Of a DNA stretch of 64,000 bases, positions 46,302-56,752 are shown in pieces; the first letter of the stretch is position 1, and each line of letters opens with the position of its first letter. Below the pieces are notes generated by a model. The model was not told the DNA's origin, ran no database searches, and worked only from the letters and a program-made list of their open reading frames with translations. The stretch is from NCBI GenBank assembly GCA_015488295.1, contig WFOC01000121.1, forward strand, positions 7,580-71,579, written 5' to 3'. The position numbers and the translations under genes were made by a program. This DNA is from Gammaproteobacteria bacterium. Lineage in GTDB: Bacteria > Pseudomonadota > Gammaproteobacteria > SZUA-229.

Positions 46302-47444
46302 TCAGATCACGATTAATTCAGCGTGTAAGGCACCGGCCATTTTTAATGCTTCGAGGATGGCAACAAGATCCCCCGGCGCAGCGCCGACCTGATTAACCGC
46401 ACGTACAATGTCGTTCAGGTCGACACCGGGGTTGAACAGAAACATGCGGTTATCTTCATTGCTGATACCGATTTGTGTATCTGCAACAACCGCTGTGTTG
46501 CCGCCTTTTGAAAAAGCATTTGGCTGGCTTACCTGCTGGCTTTCCTTGATGGTAACTACCAGGTTGCCATGTGATACCGCAGCCGGTGAAACCCGTACGC
46601 TGCTACTGATTACCACAGTGCCGGTTCGCGAATTAATAATGACGCGTGCAGCTGCTGCGCCCGGTGCAATGGTGATGTTTTCAATCATTGAGATAAAAGC
46701 AATTTTGTCCGATGTTTTTACTGGTGCCTGAACTTCAATAGAAATGGGATCCAGTGCTTTTGCAGTGCCTGCACCGTATTGACTATTAATGGCTTCGGCC
46801 ATTCTGGTTGCAGTGGTAAAATCAGCTGAAAAAAGATTGAGTACCAGACGGTTAGTGTCACCCAGTGAGTTTTTAATACTGCGTTCAACTATTGCACCTT
46901 TGGGAATGCGACCAACGCTGGGGATATTGATGGTTATTTTTGATCCGTCCGAGCCTTCAACACCCAAACCACCGACCAGCAGATTGCCCTGTGCGATAGC
47001 GTAAACTTTTCCATCAGCTCCTTTTAAAGGTGACATTAACAGCGTGCCGCCACGTAAACTTTTTGCATTACCGACGGAAGAAGCCGTGACATCAATTTTC
47101 TGCCCTTTTTTGATAAACGGTGGCAAGGTGGCATGCAATATAACGGCGGCAACATTTTTGGGTTTAAGTTTTACCCCCGGCGGTGTCACGATGCCTAATT
47201 GTGACAACATGTTTTTTAGACTTTGCTCGGTAAAAGACACCTGGTTAACTTTGTCACCGCTACCATCAAGACCAACGACCAGACCGTAACCGATTAACTG
47301 GTTGTCGCGCATGCCCTGCACCGAAGATAAATCCTTGATGCGCTCTGCATGCAATGATGCAACAGGAGATAACAACATAAATAAAAAAAGCAATTTAAAT
47401 ATGTTGTGTTGTGGTTTTAAACCTTTCATTAGAATGGCATCCAT
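46302..47444 (-). CDS. flgI: Flagellar P-ring protein FlgI
   Basis: RIKDLSSVQGMRDNQLIGYGLVVGLDGSGD. The start is more likely the ATG at 47429 (TAATG overlap with the flgH stop), giving a normal signal peptide. Confidence 0.95.
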   Translation of the reverse strand: MDAILMKGLKPQHNIFKLLFLFMLLSPVASLHAERIKDLSSVQGMRDNQLIGYGLVVGLDGSGDKVNQVSFTEQSLKNMLSQLGIVTPPGVKLKPKNVAAVILHATLPPFIKKGQKIDVTASSVGNAKSLRGGTLLMSPLKGADGKVYAIAQGNLLVGGLGVEGSDGSKITINIPSVGRIPKGAIVERSIKNSLGDTNRLVLNLFSADFTTATRMAEAINSQYGAGTAKALDPISIEVQAPVKTSDKIAFISMIENITIAPGAAAARVIINSRTGTVVISSSVRVSPAAVSHGNLVVTIKESQQVSQPNAFSKGGNTAVVADTQIGISNEDNRMFLFNPGVDLNDIVRAVNQVGAAPGDLVAILEALKMAGALHAELIVI

Positions 47445-48103
47445 TTGCTATTAAAGAATTTTGTTAACCAGCCGGGTTCATTTGAATCAGCAAAGGTACC
47501 CTGGCCGCTGTATTCGATTTGTGCATTTGCTACCCGCTCGGATGAGATGGTGTTGTCAGGATTAATATCACTGGCGCGAACGATGCCTCGTAAACGAATA
47601 TATTCATCGCCCTGGTTGATGTTTATCCATTTTTCGCCCTGCACTACCAGGTTGCCGTTGGCCAGGACATCAACCACGGTGACTGTCACGCTGCCGGTAA
47701 GTGAGTTGCTTTGATCACTGTCGGATTCACCTTTAAAGTCATAGGTGGATGCAAGTTTGGTGGCGAGTATTTCACGATCTCTGGCAGTAATCGGTGCACC
47801 CAGAAGGGTCGCTGAAGCAATTGCCAGGTCGGTTTCTTTTTTCGTTTCTGTGTTGGCAGTTTTGGTTGCGTCGGTTCTTTCCTGCAGGGTTACGGTCAAC
47901 ATATCACCGATGTGTCGCGGTTTTATATCTTCAAGTAAAAACCATGTGGATGTGGTCTGGTAGATTGAATCAGAGGCTTCGTTCTGGGTCATTTGTCTAA
48001 CAGGCATGGCCGGTGCATATTCCGGATCACCACGTTTTGGTGAGGCACAGGCAGCCAGCATTAAAACAGACATTAATAAAAGTGAGTACTTGATGATTTT
48101 CAT
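47429..48103 (-). CDS. flgH: Flagellar L-ring lipoprotein FlgH
   Basis: 224 aa. Lipobox LMLAAC. Conserved GDMLTVTLQE and NSL.GSVTVTV. Confidence 0.95.
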   Translation of the reverse strand: MKIIKYSLLLMSVLMLAACASPKRGDPEYAPAMPVRQMTQNEASDSIYQTTSTWFLLEDIKPRHIGDMLTVTLQERTDATKTANTETKKETDLAIASATLLGAPITARDREILATKLASTYDFKGESDSDQSNSLTGSVTVTVVDVLANGNLVVQGEKWININQGDEYIRLRGIVRASDINPDNTISSERVANAQIEYSGQGTFADSNEPGWLTKFFNSKWMPF

Positions 48104-48122
48104 AGTGATCTTTGTTTTATGA

Positions 48123-48908
48123 TTACATGTTGTTGGTGGCGTACTGCAACATCTGGTCGGCTGTCGAAATTGCTTTGGAATTCATTTCGTAAGCACGTTG
48201 TGTTTCGATCATGTTGACCAGTTCTTCAACGGTGTTGACGTTGGAACCTTCCAGTGAAGACTGGATGAGTGTGCCAAGTCCTGTCAGTCCCGGGGTGCCG
48301 GTAATGGGTGAACCACTGGCACCTGATTCAAGGAACAGGTTGTTACCTATGGCCTGTAATCCGGTCGGGCTGACAAAATCTGCCAGCTGAATACTGCCCA
48401 CCTGTGTTGGTGATGCCTGCCCCTGTGTGACCACGGAAACGATACCGTCTGAACTGATGGAAACACTCAGGGCATCGTCTGGAATACTGATGCTTGGATC
48501 AAGCATGTAACCGGTGGAAGTTACCAGTTCGCCGGTCGGGCCTTTTTGTAGGGCACCATCACGGGTGTAAGCCAGTGAACCATCGGGCATCAGTATCTGT
48601 AAAAAGCCCCTGCCCTGAATGGCAACATCCAGGGTATTACCTGTTTGTACAATATTGCCCTGGGTGAACAGTTTTTCGGTGGCGACGGTACGTACACCGG
48701 TGCCGATGTTTAAACCGGATGGGTTGACGGTATCCTGTGAGGACTGTGCGCCGACCTGTACCACGTTCTGGTAAATTAAATCTGCGAACACAGCGCGGTC
48801 ACGTTTGAAACCGGTGGTGCTGGCGTTGGCAAGGTTGTTGGAAATCGTTGCCATGCGTGTCTGTTGTGCTTCAAGACCGGTTTTTGCAATCCATAATGCT
48901 GAACTCAT
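48123..48908 (-). CDS. flgG: Distal rod protein FlgG
   Basis: 261 aa. [32 protein letters not shown] and C-terminal [13 protein letters not shown]. Confidence 0.95.
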   Translation of the reverse strand: MSSALWIAKTGLEAQQTRMATISNNLANASTTGFKRDRAVFADLIYQNVVQVGAQSSQDTVNPSGLNIGTGVRTVATEKLFTQGNIVQTGNTLDVAIQGRGFLQILMPDGSLAYTRDGALQKGPTGELVTSTGYMLDPSISIPDDALSVSISSDGIVSVVTQGQASPTQVGSIQLADFVSPTGLQAIGNNLFLESGASGSPITGTPGLTGLGTLIQSSLEGSNVNTVEELVNMIETQRAYEMNSKAISTADQMLQYATNNM

Positions 48909-48957
48909 AATATTTCTCCACGAACTTTTTTAATAACGTAATTTAATTAATCTTTGA

Positions 48958-49698
48958 TTAACTCATTTTTACAATTTGTGCGGCGGCTCTGTCTGTATCC
49001 TCGGCACTCTTCATTAATTTGATATTGGTTTCGTACTGGCGTGCCAGTTCGATCATTCTTACCAGTGTGCTGACGGTGTTGACGTTGCTTGATTCAAGCG
49101 AGCCGGAAACAACTTTAACGCTGGCATCGGCAATACCTTTGCCGTCATTTCTTATGTGCATCAAACCATCAGGGCCTTTTTCCAGCTGATCTTTTGGCGG
49201 GTTAATTAATTTGATGCGATCAATAACTGCCAGTGAATTAACCTGCTGACCGATGGGGCGAATGGAGATGGTGCCGTCCGAACCGATTTCCAGTTTTTCA
49301 TTTGCCGGTATTGATATTGGACCGCCCTCACCTAATATGGTGTGGCCGGCACCGTTGGTCAGGCGACCCAGGTTATCAATTTTTAAATCACCCGCCCGGG
49401 TATAGGCTTCGCTGCCGTCTGCTGCCTGTACGGCAATCCAGCCTTCGCCGTCGACTGAGATATCCAGTTCACGGCCAGTTGTTACAATGCTGCCCTGTGT
49501 CTGATCGACCCCGGCATTTTCGACCGTGGCATAAACACGACTGGGTAGACCGGGGCCATAGACCTGCTGGCTCAGGCTGTTCTGGAAGTCTGCCTTGAAA
49601 CCAGTGGTGTTGGCGTTGGCCAGATTACTGGAGTTGATAGCCTGTGCATTCATGGTTTGCTTGGCAGCATTCATGGCTATAAAAAGCATGCGATCCAT
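48958..49698 (-). CDS. flgF: Proximal rod protein FlgF
   Basis: 246 aa with rod-family N- and C-termini. Synteny. Confidence 0.95.
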   Translation of the reverse strand: MDRMLFIAMNAAKQTMNAQAINSSNLANANTTGFKADFQNSLSQQVYGPGLPSRVYATVENAGVDQTQGSIVTTGRELDISVDGEGWIAVQAADGSEAYTRAGDLKIDNLGRLTNGAGHTILGEGGPISIPANEKLEIGSDGTISIRPIGQQVNSLAVIDRIKLINPPKDQLEKGPDGLMHIRNDGKGIADASVKVVSGSLESSNVNTVSTLVRMIELARQYETNIKLMKSAEDTDRAAAQIVKMS

Positions 49699-49737
49699 AA
49701 TAATTACCCGTTCAGTCGTTCTTTGTTAACTATCGAT

Positions 49738-50958
49738 TTAACGAAGGTTAATAATGGTTTGTGTAATGGTATCTTCGGCCTGAATAGTCTGTGCATTGGC
49801 CTGGAAGTTACGTTGTGCCTCGATCATGCGAACCAGTTGTTCGGTGAGGTCAACATTTGAATCTTCCAGTGCGTTTGACTGCACCAGACCAAGACCGGCA
49901 GTACCGGGCTCACTGACTACCGGTGAACCTGATGAAAATGTTTCTACCCAGGAAGAATCACCGACAGGTTTCAAACCCTGTTTATTGGCGAAGTTTGCCA
50001 GCACCACCTGAGCGCTTACCTGTGACTGACCATTGCTGTAACGCGCGAACACTACGCCGGTATCATCAACATCAACACCCAGTAACTGCCCTGCGGTGTA
50101 ACCGTCCTGGCTCAGGCTGTTTACTGCAAAGTTACTGCCGTATTGTGTGCTGTTGGAAAGGTCGATAGTAAAAGACTGTCCTGCTGTAGCACCACCGCCC
50201 GGGTTCCAGGTGATTGGAATAGAGGACGGTGAGTTAAATGAACCGTCACTGTTGAAAGTAACTGCGGTGGTATCCTGCAGTGTGCCATCAATAATGGTTC
50301 TTACATTCCATTCATTCGGGTTGGTGGCAGGATCAAGCTTGCTGAAATACATGGAAATTGTATGATCGTTACCCAGGCTATCGTAAATGGTTGTTGTGGT
50401 TGATGAGTTATAACCTGCTGTAGCAGGCACGCCGGCAACCAGAGACCAGCTTGAATCTGTTTCTGCTTCGCGGGCATCAAAGTTGATGCCGCCGTTTACC
50501 GCTGCTGTCGGATTGGCATCGAGATAGGCATTGTTTAATTGCAGTGGTGCTATGGCACCGGTGATGGCTCCATTGGTGTCAGCCTGTCTTGCCATTAATG
50601 AGTAACCTTCGTTATTTACAACGAAGCCATTTGCATCAAGCTTGAATGCACCGGAACGGCTGTAAATCTGTGAGCCATTGGCTTCCAGTTGAAAAAAACC
50701 TTCGCCACTGATCGCCATGTCCAGCGGATTATCTGTGAAATTGATGCCGCCCTGTGAAAACTGCTGCGCAGCGTTTTGCATGCGAACACCCTGTCCGACG
50801 GTGGTAGATGCCGCGCCGTTACTGGCAGCGTAAACATCGGCAAATTCAGCGCGTGATGATTTAAAACCGGTGGTAGCAGAGTTGGCAATGTTGTTGCCGA
50901 TGACACCTAAATCGCTTGATGCTGCCTGGATGCCGCTTAATGCTGTGTTAAAACCCAT
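49738..50958 (-). CDS. flgE: Flagellar hook protein FlgE
   Basis: 406 aa. [33 protein letters not shown] and C-terminal [16 protein letters not shown]. Confidence 0.95.
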   Translation of the reverse strand: MGFNTALSGIQAASSDLGVIGNNIANSATTGFKSSRAEFADVYAASNGAASTTVGQGVRMQNAAQQFSQGGINFTDNPLDMAISGEGFFQLEANGSQIYSRSGAFKLDANGFVVNNEGYSLMARQADTNGAITGAIAPLQLNNAYLDANPTAAVNGGINFDAREAETDSSWSLVAGVPATAGYNSSTTTTIYDSLGNDHTISMYFSKLDPATNPNEWNVRTIIDGTLQDTTAVTFNSDGSFNSPSSIPITWNPGGGATAGQSFTIDLSNSTQYGSNFAVNSLSQDGYTAGQLLGVDVDDTGVVFARYSNGQSQVSAQVVLANFANKQGLKPVGDSSWVETFSSGSPVVSEPGTAGLGLVQSNALEDSNVDLTEQLVRMIEAQRNFQANAQTIQAEDTITQTIINLR

Positions 50959-51034
50959 GGTTTTCTCCTACTTGTTTCGTGTGATTTGTATGTTTTACTT
51001 TTTGTATAAATTCATTTTTTAACTGCCGGTGAAT

Positions 51035-51724
51035 CTATCTAATCTGTTGTATATCGTTAAGTGATACTGACTGGCCACTGGCAAGGTTTAATAAAGTTCC
51101 GCCAGATGAGCCATCAATATTTTGGTTAATGGAAATACTGTCGATACGTGATTCGAGTGAGACTTCAATTGCCTGTTGATTACCATCGATAAGGGCATCA
51201 GCCGTAACCAGGTAATTACCCGGTGCTGCAACGCTGCCATCATCTTTAAAGCCATCCCACTTAAACAACATATCGCCAGCACCGTTAGCGCCCAGTGGTA
51301 ATGTTCTTACCTGTTCACCGCTGCTGTTGAAGATATTGATAGTGACTTCACTTGTTGGTTTGGCAAGACTGATTTGACCGCTGATTGAATTGCCGGTTGT
51401 CAACAGGCCTTCACCACCGGGTAACAAGGCAGATTTGCCAACAAGTCCTGCGGCCTGTAGCGACTGGTCGGAGGTAAGTTTTGTTGATAGCGAATCAAAA
51501 GAAGTTTGCAGCTCGTCCAGACCATTCACAACAGAAGACTGGGTTAACTGGTTCATGAACTCACTTGAATCCATCGGTTCAGTTGGGTCCTGGTTTTTTA
51601 TTTGTGCAACCAGAAGTTCAATGAAGTCTGCCTGTGTCAGTTCATCATTTGATTTTTCCTGTGTGGCATTATTCGATACCGGGTTTAGTGCGGAAAAACT
51701 GTTTTCTGTTGAAGTATTTATCAT
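51035..51724 (-). CDS. flgD: Hook capping protein FlgD
   Basis: 229 aa. FIELLVAQIKNQDPTEPMDSSEFMNQLTQ. Confidence 0.95.
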   Translation of the reverse strand: MINTSTENSFSALNPVSNNATQEKSNDELTQADFIELLVAQIKNQDPTEPMDSSEFMNQLTQSSVVNGLDELQTSFDSLSTKLTSDQSLQAAGLVGKSALLPGGEGLLTTGNSISGQISLAKPTSEVTINIFNSSGEQVRTLPLGANGAGDMLFKWDGFKDDGSVAAPGNYLVTADALIDGNQQAIEVSLESRIDSISINQNIDGSSGGTLLNLASGQSVSLNDIQQIR

Positions 51725-51751
51725 AATTGGTTCCTGTTAAAACGAATACGC

Positions 51752-52174
51752 CTAGCGACCCATGTTTAAAGTTTTAAGTAATAACTGTTTTGATGTATTG
51801 AACACCTCAACGTTGTTCTGGTATGAGCGTGAAGCTGCCATCATGTTTGCCATCTCCTCAATAGAGTTGACGTTTGATTTAAAGATGTAACCATCTTTGT
51901 TTGCCATTGGATGGTCCGGCTGAAATTCTTTTCTGGCAGATGCCGTGCTTTCGACGATGGCAGAAACACGAACTGAGGCAGATGCATTATTGGTGTTGTC
52001 GCCATTGAGTGAATTCATCACCGCAGAAAAAACCGGTTGCCGTGAGCGATACACATTTTTTTCATTGGTGTTGACTACATCGGCGTTGGCCAGATTACTG
52101 GCGACAGTGTTAAGTCGTACTGACTGTGCACTCATCGATGATCCTGCGATGTTAAATACGTTGTAAAGAGCCAT
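51752..52174 (-). CDS. flgC: Proximal rod protein FlgC
   Basis: 140 aa. AGSSMSAQSVRLNTVASNLANA and C-terminal MMAASRSYQNNVEV. Confidence 0.95.
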   Translation of the reverse strand: MALYNVFNIAGSSMSAQSVRLNTVASNLANADVVNTNEKNVYRSRQPVFSAVMNSLNGDNTNNASASVRVSAIVESTASARKEFQPDHPMANKDGYIFKSNVNSIEEMANMMAASRSYQNNVEVFNTSKQLLLKTLNMGR

Positions 52175-52188
52175 AATTATTTCCTCTG

Positions 52189-52596
52189 TTATTCGCCTTT
52201 GATGGCAGCTTTCATGCCTTTGAATTTGCCACTAAGAAAGGTAAGGCTTGCCTGGTAGCGTAAAGCGTTTTCTGCAAAGGCGCTTTTTTCGAGCAACCCG
52301 TCTACAGTGTTGCCATCAAGCGAAGACTGATTCGGTGTGCGATAAAGCACTTCAGCATTATTGTTTATTGTGTTTATCTGTATGTGTTTTGGGTTGGTGC
52401 GTGCCAGCTCACCACTGGCGCGCGTATTGAGGCTTGCCATGGTGGATTTGAAATCAATGTCCCGTGCTTTGTATCCAGGTGTATCGGCATTGGCGATATT
52501 GGATGCAAGTATTTCTGCACGCTGCGATCTGAACGCAAGTGCTTTCTGGTGGATCCCCAGAGCGGAATCGAATGATATCGGCATGTCTTTCTCCAA
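52189..52596 (-). CDS. flgB: Proximal rod protein FlgB
   Basis: 135 aa. RAEILASNIANADTPGYKARD. Confidence 0.95.
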   Translation of the reverse strand: MEKDMPISFDSALGIHQKALAFRSQRAEILASNIANADTPGYKARDIDFKSTMASLNTRASGELARTNPKHIQINTINNNAEVLYRTPNQSSLDGNTVDGLLEKSAFAENALRYQASLTFLSGKFKGMKAAIKGE

Positions 52597-52622
52597 CTTT
52601 AACTTTATCTTGTTAGTTAAAA

Positions 52623-52638
52623 TGCAATCGTTGTGCCA
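52623..52638 (-). promoter_or_regulatory. Sigma54 promoter of the flgB-L operon
   Basis: Minus-strand reading TGGCACAACGATTGCA is a perfect consensus. About 27 nt upstream of the flgB ATG. Confidence 0.65.
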
Positions 52639-52874
52639 ACTATCAAAAAAAGTAAAAATTGGGAATGAATTTCAGGCGAAAGCCTTATTGAATGGCGCTT
52701 GCTGCCTTTAAAATATTACAGGTGATAATATTTCAAAAGTTTTTTAATATAATGATATGACGGAAAAAATGTGATGCCGGCAATTTTTTTCCACCATGCG
52801 GCAAAAAACTGTCGTGTGAGTAAAATGGAGCGCTATGGGGATAGCGCTAATTTGGATTTTATCGGTGTATGGTA

Positions 52875-53822
52875 TCAGGCAGCCTTGGCATCAATATCAT
52901 CAGTTTTTTCAATAATCGGCAGGATAACCTTGACCAGTTCGTCAGCGCTGAATTTGGGCACGAAGCGGTTGGCACCGACTTTTTTCACCATGGTTTCATT
53001 AAATACGCCGCTTAATGATGAATGCAGCAGGACATAAAGGTCTTTTAAGCATGGGTCACGCCTGATTTCAGAAGTTAGTGTGTAACCATCCATTTCCGGC
53101 ATTTCTATATCCGAGATGACCATTGCGATTCTGCTGTTGATTGGTATATCGCTCTTTGCCCAGGCCTGTAACTGTTCCAGCGCGAGAACGCCGTTGTTAA
53201 AAGTTGTGCATTCCACACCTATTTGTTTCAGTGCGCTGCTTATCTGGTTGCGTGCTACTTTGGAATCATCAACCACCAGGATGTGTCTTACCTGATCTTC
53301 TTCAATGTTTATGGCTTCAGTGATACTGCTGGACACCATTTCCGGTGTGCCGACAACCTCCGTCAACACCTGTTCAACGTCAATCAGCTGTACCAGTTTG
53401 CCGTTAATGGTGGTGACGGCATTGATATAGCTGTCTACATCTGTACCGGCAGGCGGTAATCGAATATCTTCCCACTTCAGGTTAACGATGTGTTCAACAG
53501 AAGAAACCATGAAGCCCTGAATGCTGCGATTGAATTCGGTAATAATGACGTAACTTTCGTCTTCTTCATTAACGGCCGGGCCTTTGATAGCCAGCCCCAG
53601 ATCCATAACAGAAAGCGTGTGATTGCGTACGTTGGCAACGCCGCGTACTACTGTGTGTGAAGAATGTACTGTGGTTAGTTTTGGGCAGCGGATAACCTCA
53701 CGAACCTTGAATACGTTAATGCCGTATAACTCACCATCGCCAAGGCGAAACATGAGTAGTTCCAGACGGTTTTTGCCAACAAGTTGTGTACGTTGATTAA
53801 TACCATCAAGTATATTGCTCAT
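52875..53822 (-). CDS. cheV: CheV (CheW-like domain fused to REC)
   Basis: 315 aa. N-terminal CheW-like domain (LELLMFRLGDGELYGINVFKVREV) and C-terminal REC (ILVVDDSKVAR, SDIEMPEMDG). Confidence 0.9.
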   Translation of the reverse strand: MSNILDGINQRTQLVGKNRLELLMFRLGDGELYGINVFKVREVIRCPKLTTVHSSHTVVRGVANVRNHTLSVMDLGLAIKGPAVNEEDESYVIITEFNRSIQGFMVSSVEHIVNLKWEDIRLPPAGTDVDSYINAVTTINGKLVQLIDVEQVLTEVVGTPEMVSSSITEAINIEEDQVRHILVVDDSKVARNQISSALKQIGVECTTFNNGVLALEQLQAWAKSDIPINSRIAMVISDIEMPEMDGYTLTSEIRRDPCLKDLYVLLHSSLSGVFNETMVKKVGANRFVPKFSADELVKVILPIIEKTDDIDAKAA

Positions 53823-53859
53823 ATTATTTTCCAGCCTGCAAAGTTAATCTATGATTAAT

Positions 53860-53886
53860 TTATCGGCAGAAAATAAAATTTCTTGA
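53860..53886 (-). promoter_or_regulatory. Sigma28-type promoter of cheV
   Basis: Minus-strand reading TCAAGAAA-N11-GCCGATAA, with a perfect -10. Confidence 0.55.
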
Positions 53887-53960
53887 TGCTGTTTTGAATT
53901 AAATTTTCAGGTAAAGAGAGGTCTTGCTGAAAAATGGTTTAAAGAAAGAAAAAGGATGAT

Positions 53961-54461
53961 TCAGACCTGTACCAGAGATCGTTTGTTGGCTGATCTCGTT
54001 GCCTGCCCGGTGTTGTCGTATAGTTCTGACATGGATGATGTGTTAGGCAGGATGCCCTGTAATATGTCCAGTGCATGACGTGACTGTCTTGAAACCAGTT
54101 CAACAATGCTGCCGTTAACGCGGTTTTTGTCGCGACATTTTTCTGCGATATCAACCAGTTCATTCCATAAACTGTTCAACTGAGCGTTGTTACCAAACTG
54201 GTACTGGTGGTGCACCTGTTCATCGTCCCCGGTAACCGGTGTTTTGAATGGAGCAAGTAATTTTTCTCTCTGCCTTGAGATCAGCTCAAGCTGATTGATT
54301 CTTTCCTGTTTTTCACGCACGACTTCTTCCAGTGCATCGGCATGCTGTTTTGCCAGTGCGTCGTATTCCAGCTCCAGTGACTGTAGCAGCAAGCGTGCAC
54401 AGTCTATTTCCTGCTGGAACACCTGTTTGATTTCTAGCTGTTGTGCGTTTTCTATAGACAT
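53961..54461 (-). CDS. flgN: FlgN chaperone for FlgK/FlgL
   Basis: 166 aa helical protein. Synteny flgM-flgN. FlgN-like N-terminal pattern (LLLQSLELEYDAL). Confidence 0.75.
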   Translation of the reverse strand: MSIENAQQLEIKQVFQQEIDCARLLLQSLELEYDALAKQHADALEEVVREKQERINQLELISRQREKLLAPFKTPVTGDDEQVHHQYQFGNNAQLNSLWNELVDIAEKCRDKNRVNGSIVELVSRQSRHALDILQGILPNTSSMSELYDNTGQATRSANKRSLVQV

Positions 54462-54532
54462 GTTGATTTATACTCTATAATGTTATTTTGCTAGTTATTA
54501 TCATGCGTGTTATTTGTGTTTTTGTCGTCTGC

Positions 54533-54859
54533 TTATCTTTCAGACTTCAGAATGCTTTCAAATTGCGTCACTCTGTCGGCAATTTTTTCAGCATTTACTT
54601 CATAGGTGCCATTTTCAATGGCCTGTTTGATCTGTTCGACGCGTTTGGCATCAACAACTGGTGCTGAGATGGCGACAGCCACATTATCAAGTTTGCCAAG
54701 TTGTACTGCATTGTCAGACAGGCTGACAGTATCCGCTGTGGATGACTGACCTGTCTCGGTTTTGTTCTGTAGTTGTTCAGTAGACTGTTTAAGCTGGCTA
54801 TCATCTGTTGTTGGTGCCTGTACCTTTGGCATTGATAACCCATTGATATCTATTGTCAT
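54533..54859 (-). CDS. flgM: Anti-sigma28 factor FlgM
   Basis: 108 aa. C-terminal VDAKRVEQIKQAIENGTYEVNAEKIADRV. Confidence 0.9.
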   Translation of the reverse strand: MTIDINGLSMPKVQAPTTDDSQLKQSTEQLQNKTETGQSSTADTVSLSDNAVQLGKLDNVAVAISAPVVDAKRVEQIKQAIENGTYEVNAEKIADRVTQFESILKSER

Positions 54860-54899
54860 AATTTTGCTCCTGACGCTTTTTTATTTGCTCTCATATACG

Positions 54900-54926
54900 T
54901 TAACGGCCACTGCCGGGGAAACTTTA
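54900..54926 (-). promoter_or_regulatory. Sigma28-type promoter of flgMN
   Basis: Minus-strand reading TAAAGTTT-N11-GCCGTTAA, with a perfect -35 and 7/8 in the -10. It lies in the 81-bp flgA-flgM gap. Confidence 0.65.
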
Positions 54927-54940
54927 GTACTCAGTAATAT

Positions 54941-55663
54941 TTATATATCAACTTTTACCTCTCCGCCTGGTGTGATGATGCCTTCCAGTTTTTTTCTGGA
55001 TTTTGTGTTTATTACCTTGATGCGGTCGCCGATTGCGCCGCTACCCAGTGCTTTTCCCTTCATTCGCACCAGCATGCTTCCTGACTGTGCCATTATTGTG
55101 ATTTTTTGCCCACGTGCGACCTTTTGAGGCTTTTTTAACATGGATGGTGTCAGAACTGCACCGGCAGAAACACGCCTTTTGAGTTTCATGCCAATTCCAC
55201 TTTGCAGGTCTTCATAATAGCCGAATGACAGGTTTGCCAGGTTATATTTTCTTAGTTTAATATCTGCGGCCGTCAGAATGCTGCCTTTTTGCAGCTGGCG
55301 TGATGATACCAGAACTTTTCCGTACAGGTTGATGGTTACCGGGACATGTATAGACCAGGATTTTTTACCGTTGCATTTAATACCGACGGTTGTTTTTCCG
55401 GTGTCACGACTGCCTCTGGGCAGGAAAGCCTGTAATTTTTTACTGCATTTTTTAAGTTTTAAGCGTGAATCCAACTTGCCTATTTTAATTTCTGGGCGCT
55501 GGTTGTGCAGTGATACAACATGATCACGAATAAAAACCTTTGCTGTTTGGTAAATGCTTTTATGGCTCTGATAGCTTGCAGCAGACACTAGTGGTGCGTA
55601 TAACAATGCGCATACACAACTATAGCTGATTAATGTTTTTAACAGATGGGGTTTTAATTTCAT
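54941..55663 (-). CDS. flgA: P-ring assembly chaperone FlgA
   Basis: 240 aa with a signal peptide. C-terminal GDRIKVINTKSRKKLEGII (SAF/FlgA pattern). Confidence 0.85.
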   Translation of the reverse strand: MKLKPHLLKTLISYSCVCALLYAPLVSAASYQSHKSIYQTAKVFIRDHVVSLHNQRPEIKIGKLDSRLKLKKCSKKLQAFLPRGSRDTGKTTVGIKCNGKKSWSIHVPVTINLYGKVLVSSRQLQKGSILTAADIKLRKYNLANLSFGYYEDLQSGIGMKLKRRVSAGAVLTPSMLKKPQKVARGQKITIMAQSGSMLVRMKGKALGSGAIGDRIKVINTKSRKKLEGIITPGGEVKVDI

Positions 55664-55674
55664 GATAAGAGTTC

Positions 55675-56634
55675 TCAGCTTTTTCTTATGCGGCTGCCTT
55701 TCATGCCGTATTTCTCACCGGCTTTGCGTATAAATGATTCTGCTTCGCCTCGGTCAAAAAATCCGCTAACGCTTAATCTGTAGACACGCTCGCCCCTGAC
55801 GATAGCTTGCTGCATATTCGGTACCAGCCCTTCGGCATATAGTTGTTCTATGATTTTTTCAGCTTTGCTTTTATTGGTGAGCGATGCCAGCATTACGGTT
55901 AAGCCGTTACTGGCGGCTGTTTTTATGACCGGGCTGTTTTCGGGTTTGATTGTTTTCAGCTTGCTTTTTACAGCCTGTAATTCAGTTTTTAGCGATAAAA
56001 TCTCATTTTTAAAGACATTGACATCATCCTGTAAAGCAGCATTGTTTTTTGTTTTTGCTGCGGCTTTGTTTTGTGCCAGGGCGACATATTTCTTGTCCAG
56101 TGCTGAGTAATCCTTTTTTATAGCTTGTAGTTCATTTTGTAAAGATAACAGTGTTGCTTTGATTTTTGTTGTGCCATCGGATGACAGGCTCTTTTGTAAA
56201 TTGACACTTTCCTGTATTTTCTCCTCAATGCTCTCATCATAAATGCTTAATGAGCTTTCAATGTCATTGCTTTGAGCATCCAGTTTGAATAATGTTGATG
56301 CCAGTAATGCAGCTGAAATTAATAACAGCAGTAACTGCAGCCAGATACCAGGAGTGATTTCCTTTTTTGTTTGAGCTGTGTTTGATGAGCGGCTCTGTGG
56401 CTTTTTCTGTGCCCCGTCAGATGAAATTGATACGGTGTCATCACCGTATAATGTATCGCTCGGCTGATTGCAGCTTGCCGCATTATAGTTTTCCACACCT
56501 TGAGGAGGCGTATTTTGTGTGCTTCTGGTTTTTGCTGATTCCGGATAGGCAGGGCCGTTATCCTGTATCTGTGATAGCACACTGCTCAGGTTGTGGTTGG
56601 CGATGGAATTATAATTGTCTGCTGTCATGTTCAT
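55675..56634 (-). CDS. Bitopic membrane protein: disordered N-terminus, TM, periplasmic coiled coil, C-terminal SPOR (peptidoglycan-binding) domain
   Basis: The C-terminus GLTVMLASLTNKSKAEKIIEQLYAEGL...GERVYRLSVSGFFDRGEAESFIRKA fits the SPOR pattern. Start placed at the ATG at 56634 (AGGAG 8 nt upstream); the track start is 56658. 11 bp before flgA. Confidence 0.6.
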   Translation of the reverse strand: MNMTADNYNSIANHNLSSVLSQIQDNGPAYPESAKTRSTQNTPPQGVENYNAASCNQPSDTLYGDDTVSISSDGAQKKPQSRSSNTAQTKKEITPGIWLQLLLLLISAALLASTLFKLDAQSNDIESSLSIYDESIEEKIQESVNLQKSLSSDGTTKIKATLLSLQNELQAIKKDYSALDKKYVALAQNKAAAKTKNNAALQDDVNVFKNEILSLKTELQAVKSKLKTIKPENSPVIKTAASNGLTVMLASLTNKSKAEKIIEQLYAEGLVPNMQQAIVRGERVYRLSVSGFFDRGEAESFIRKAGEKYGMKGSRIRKS

Positions 56635-56752
56635 TAATTTATCTCCTATAAGCTGCATCGTTGGACTTTGTTTTACTCTGCTGATTGAGTAACGGCCTGC
56701 CTGGCCGGTTTGCGTCTTATAAAATCATTCTGGTAATATTGCGATTAGATAA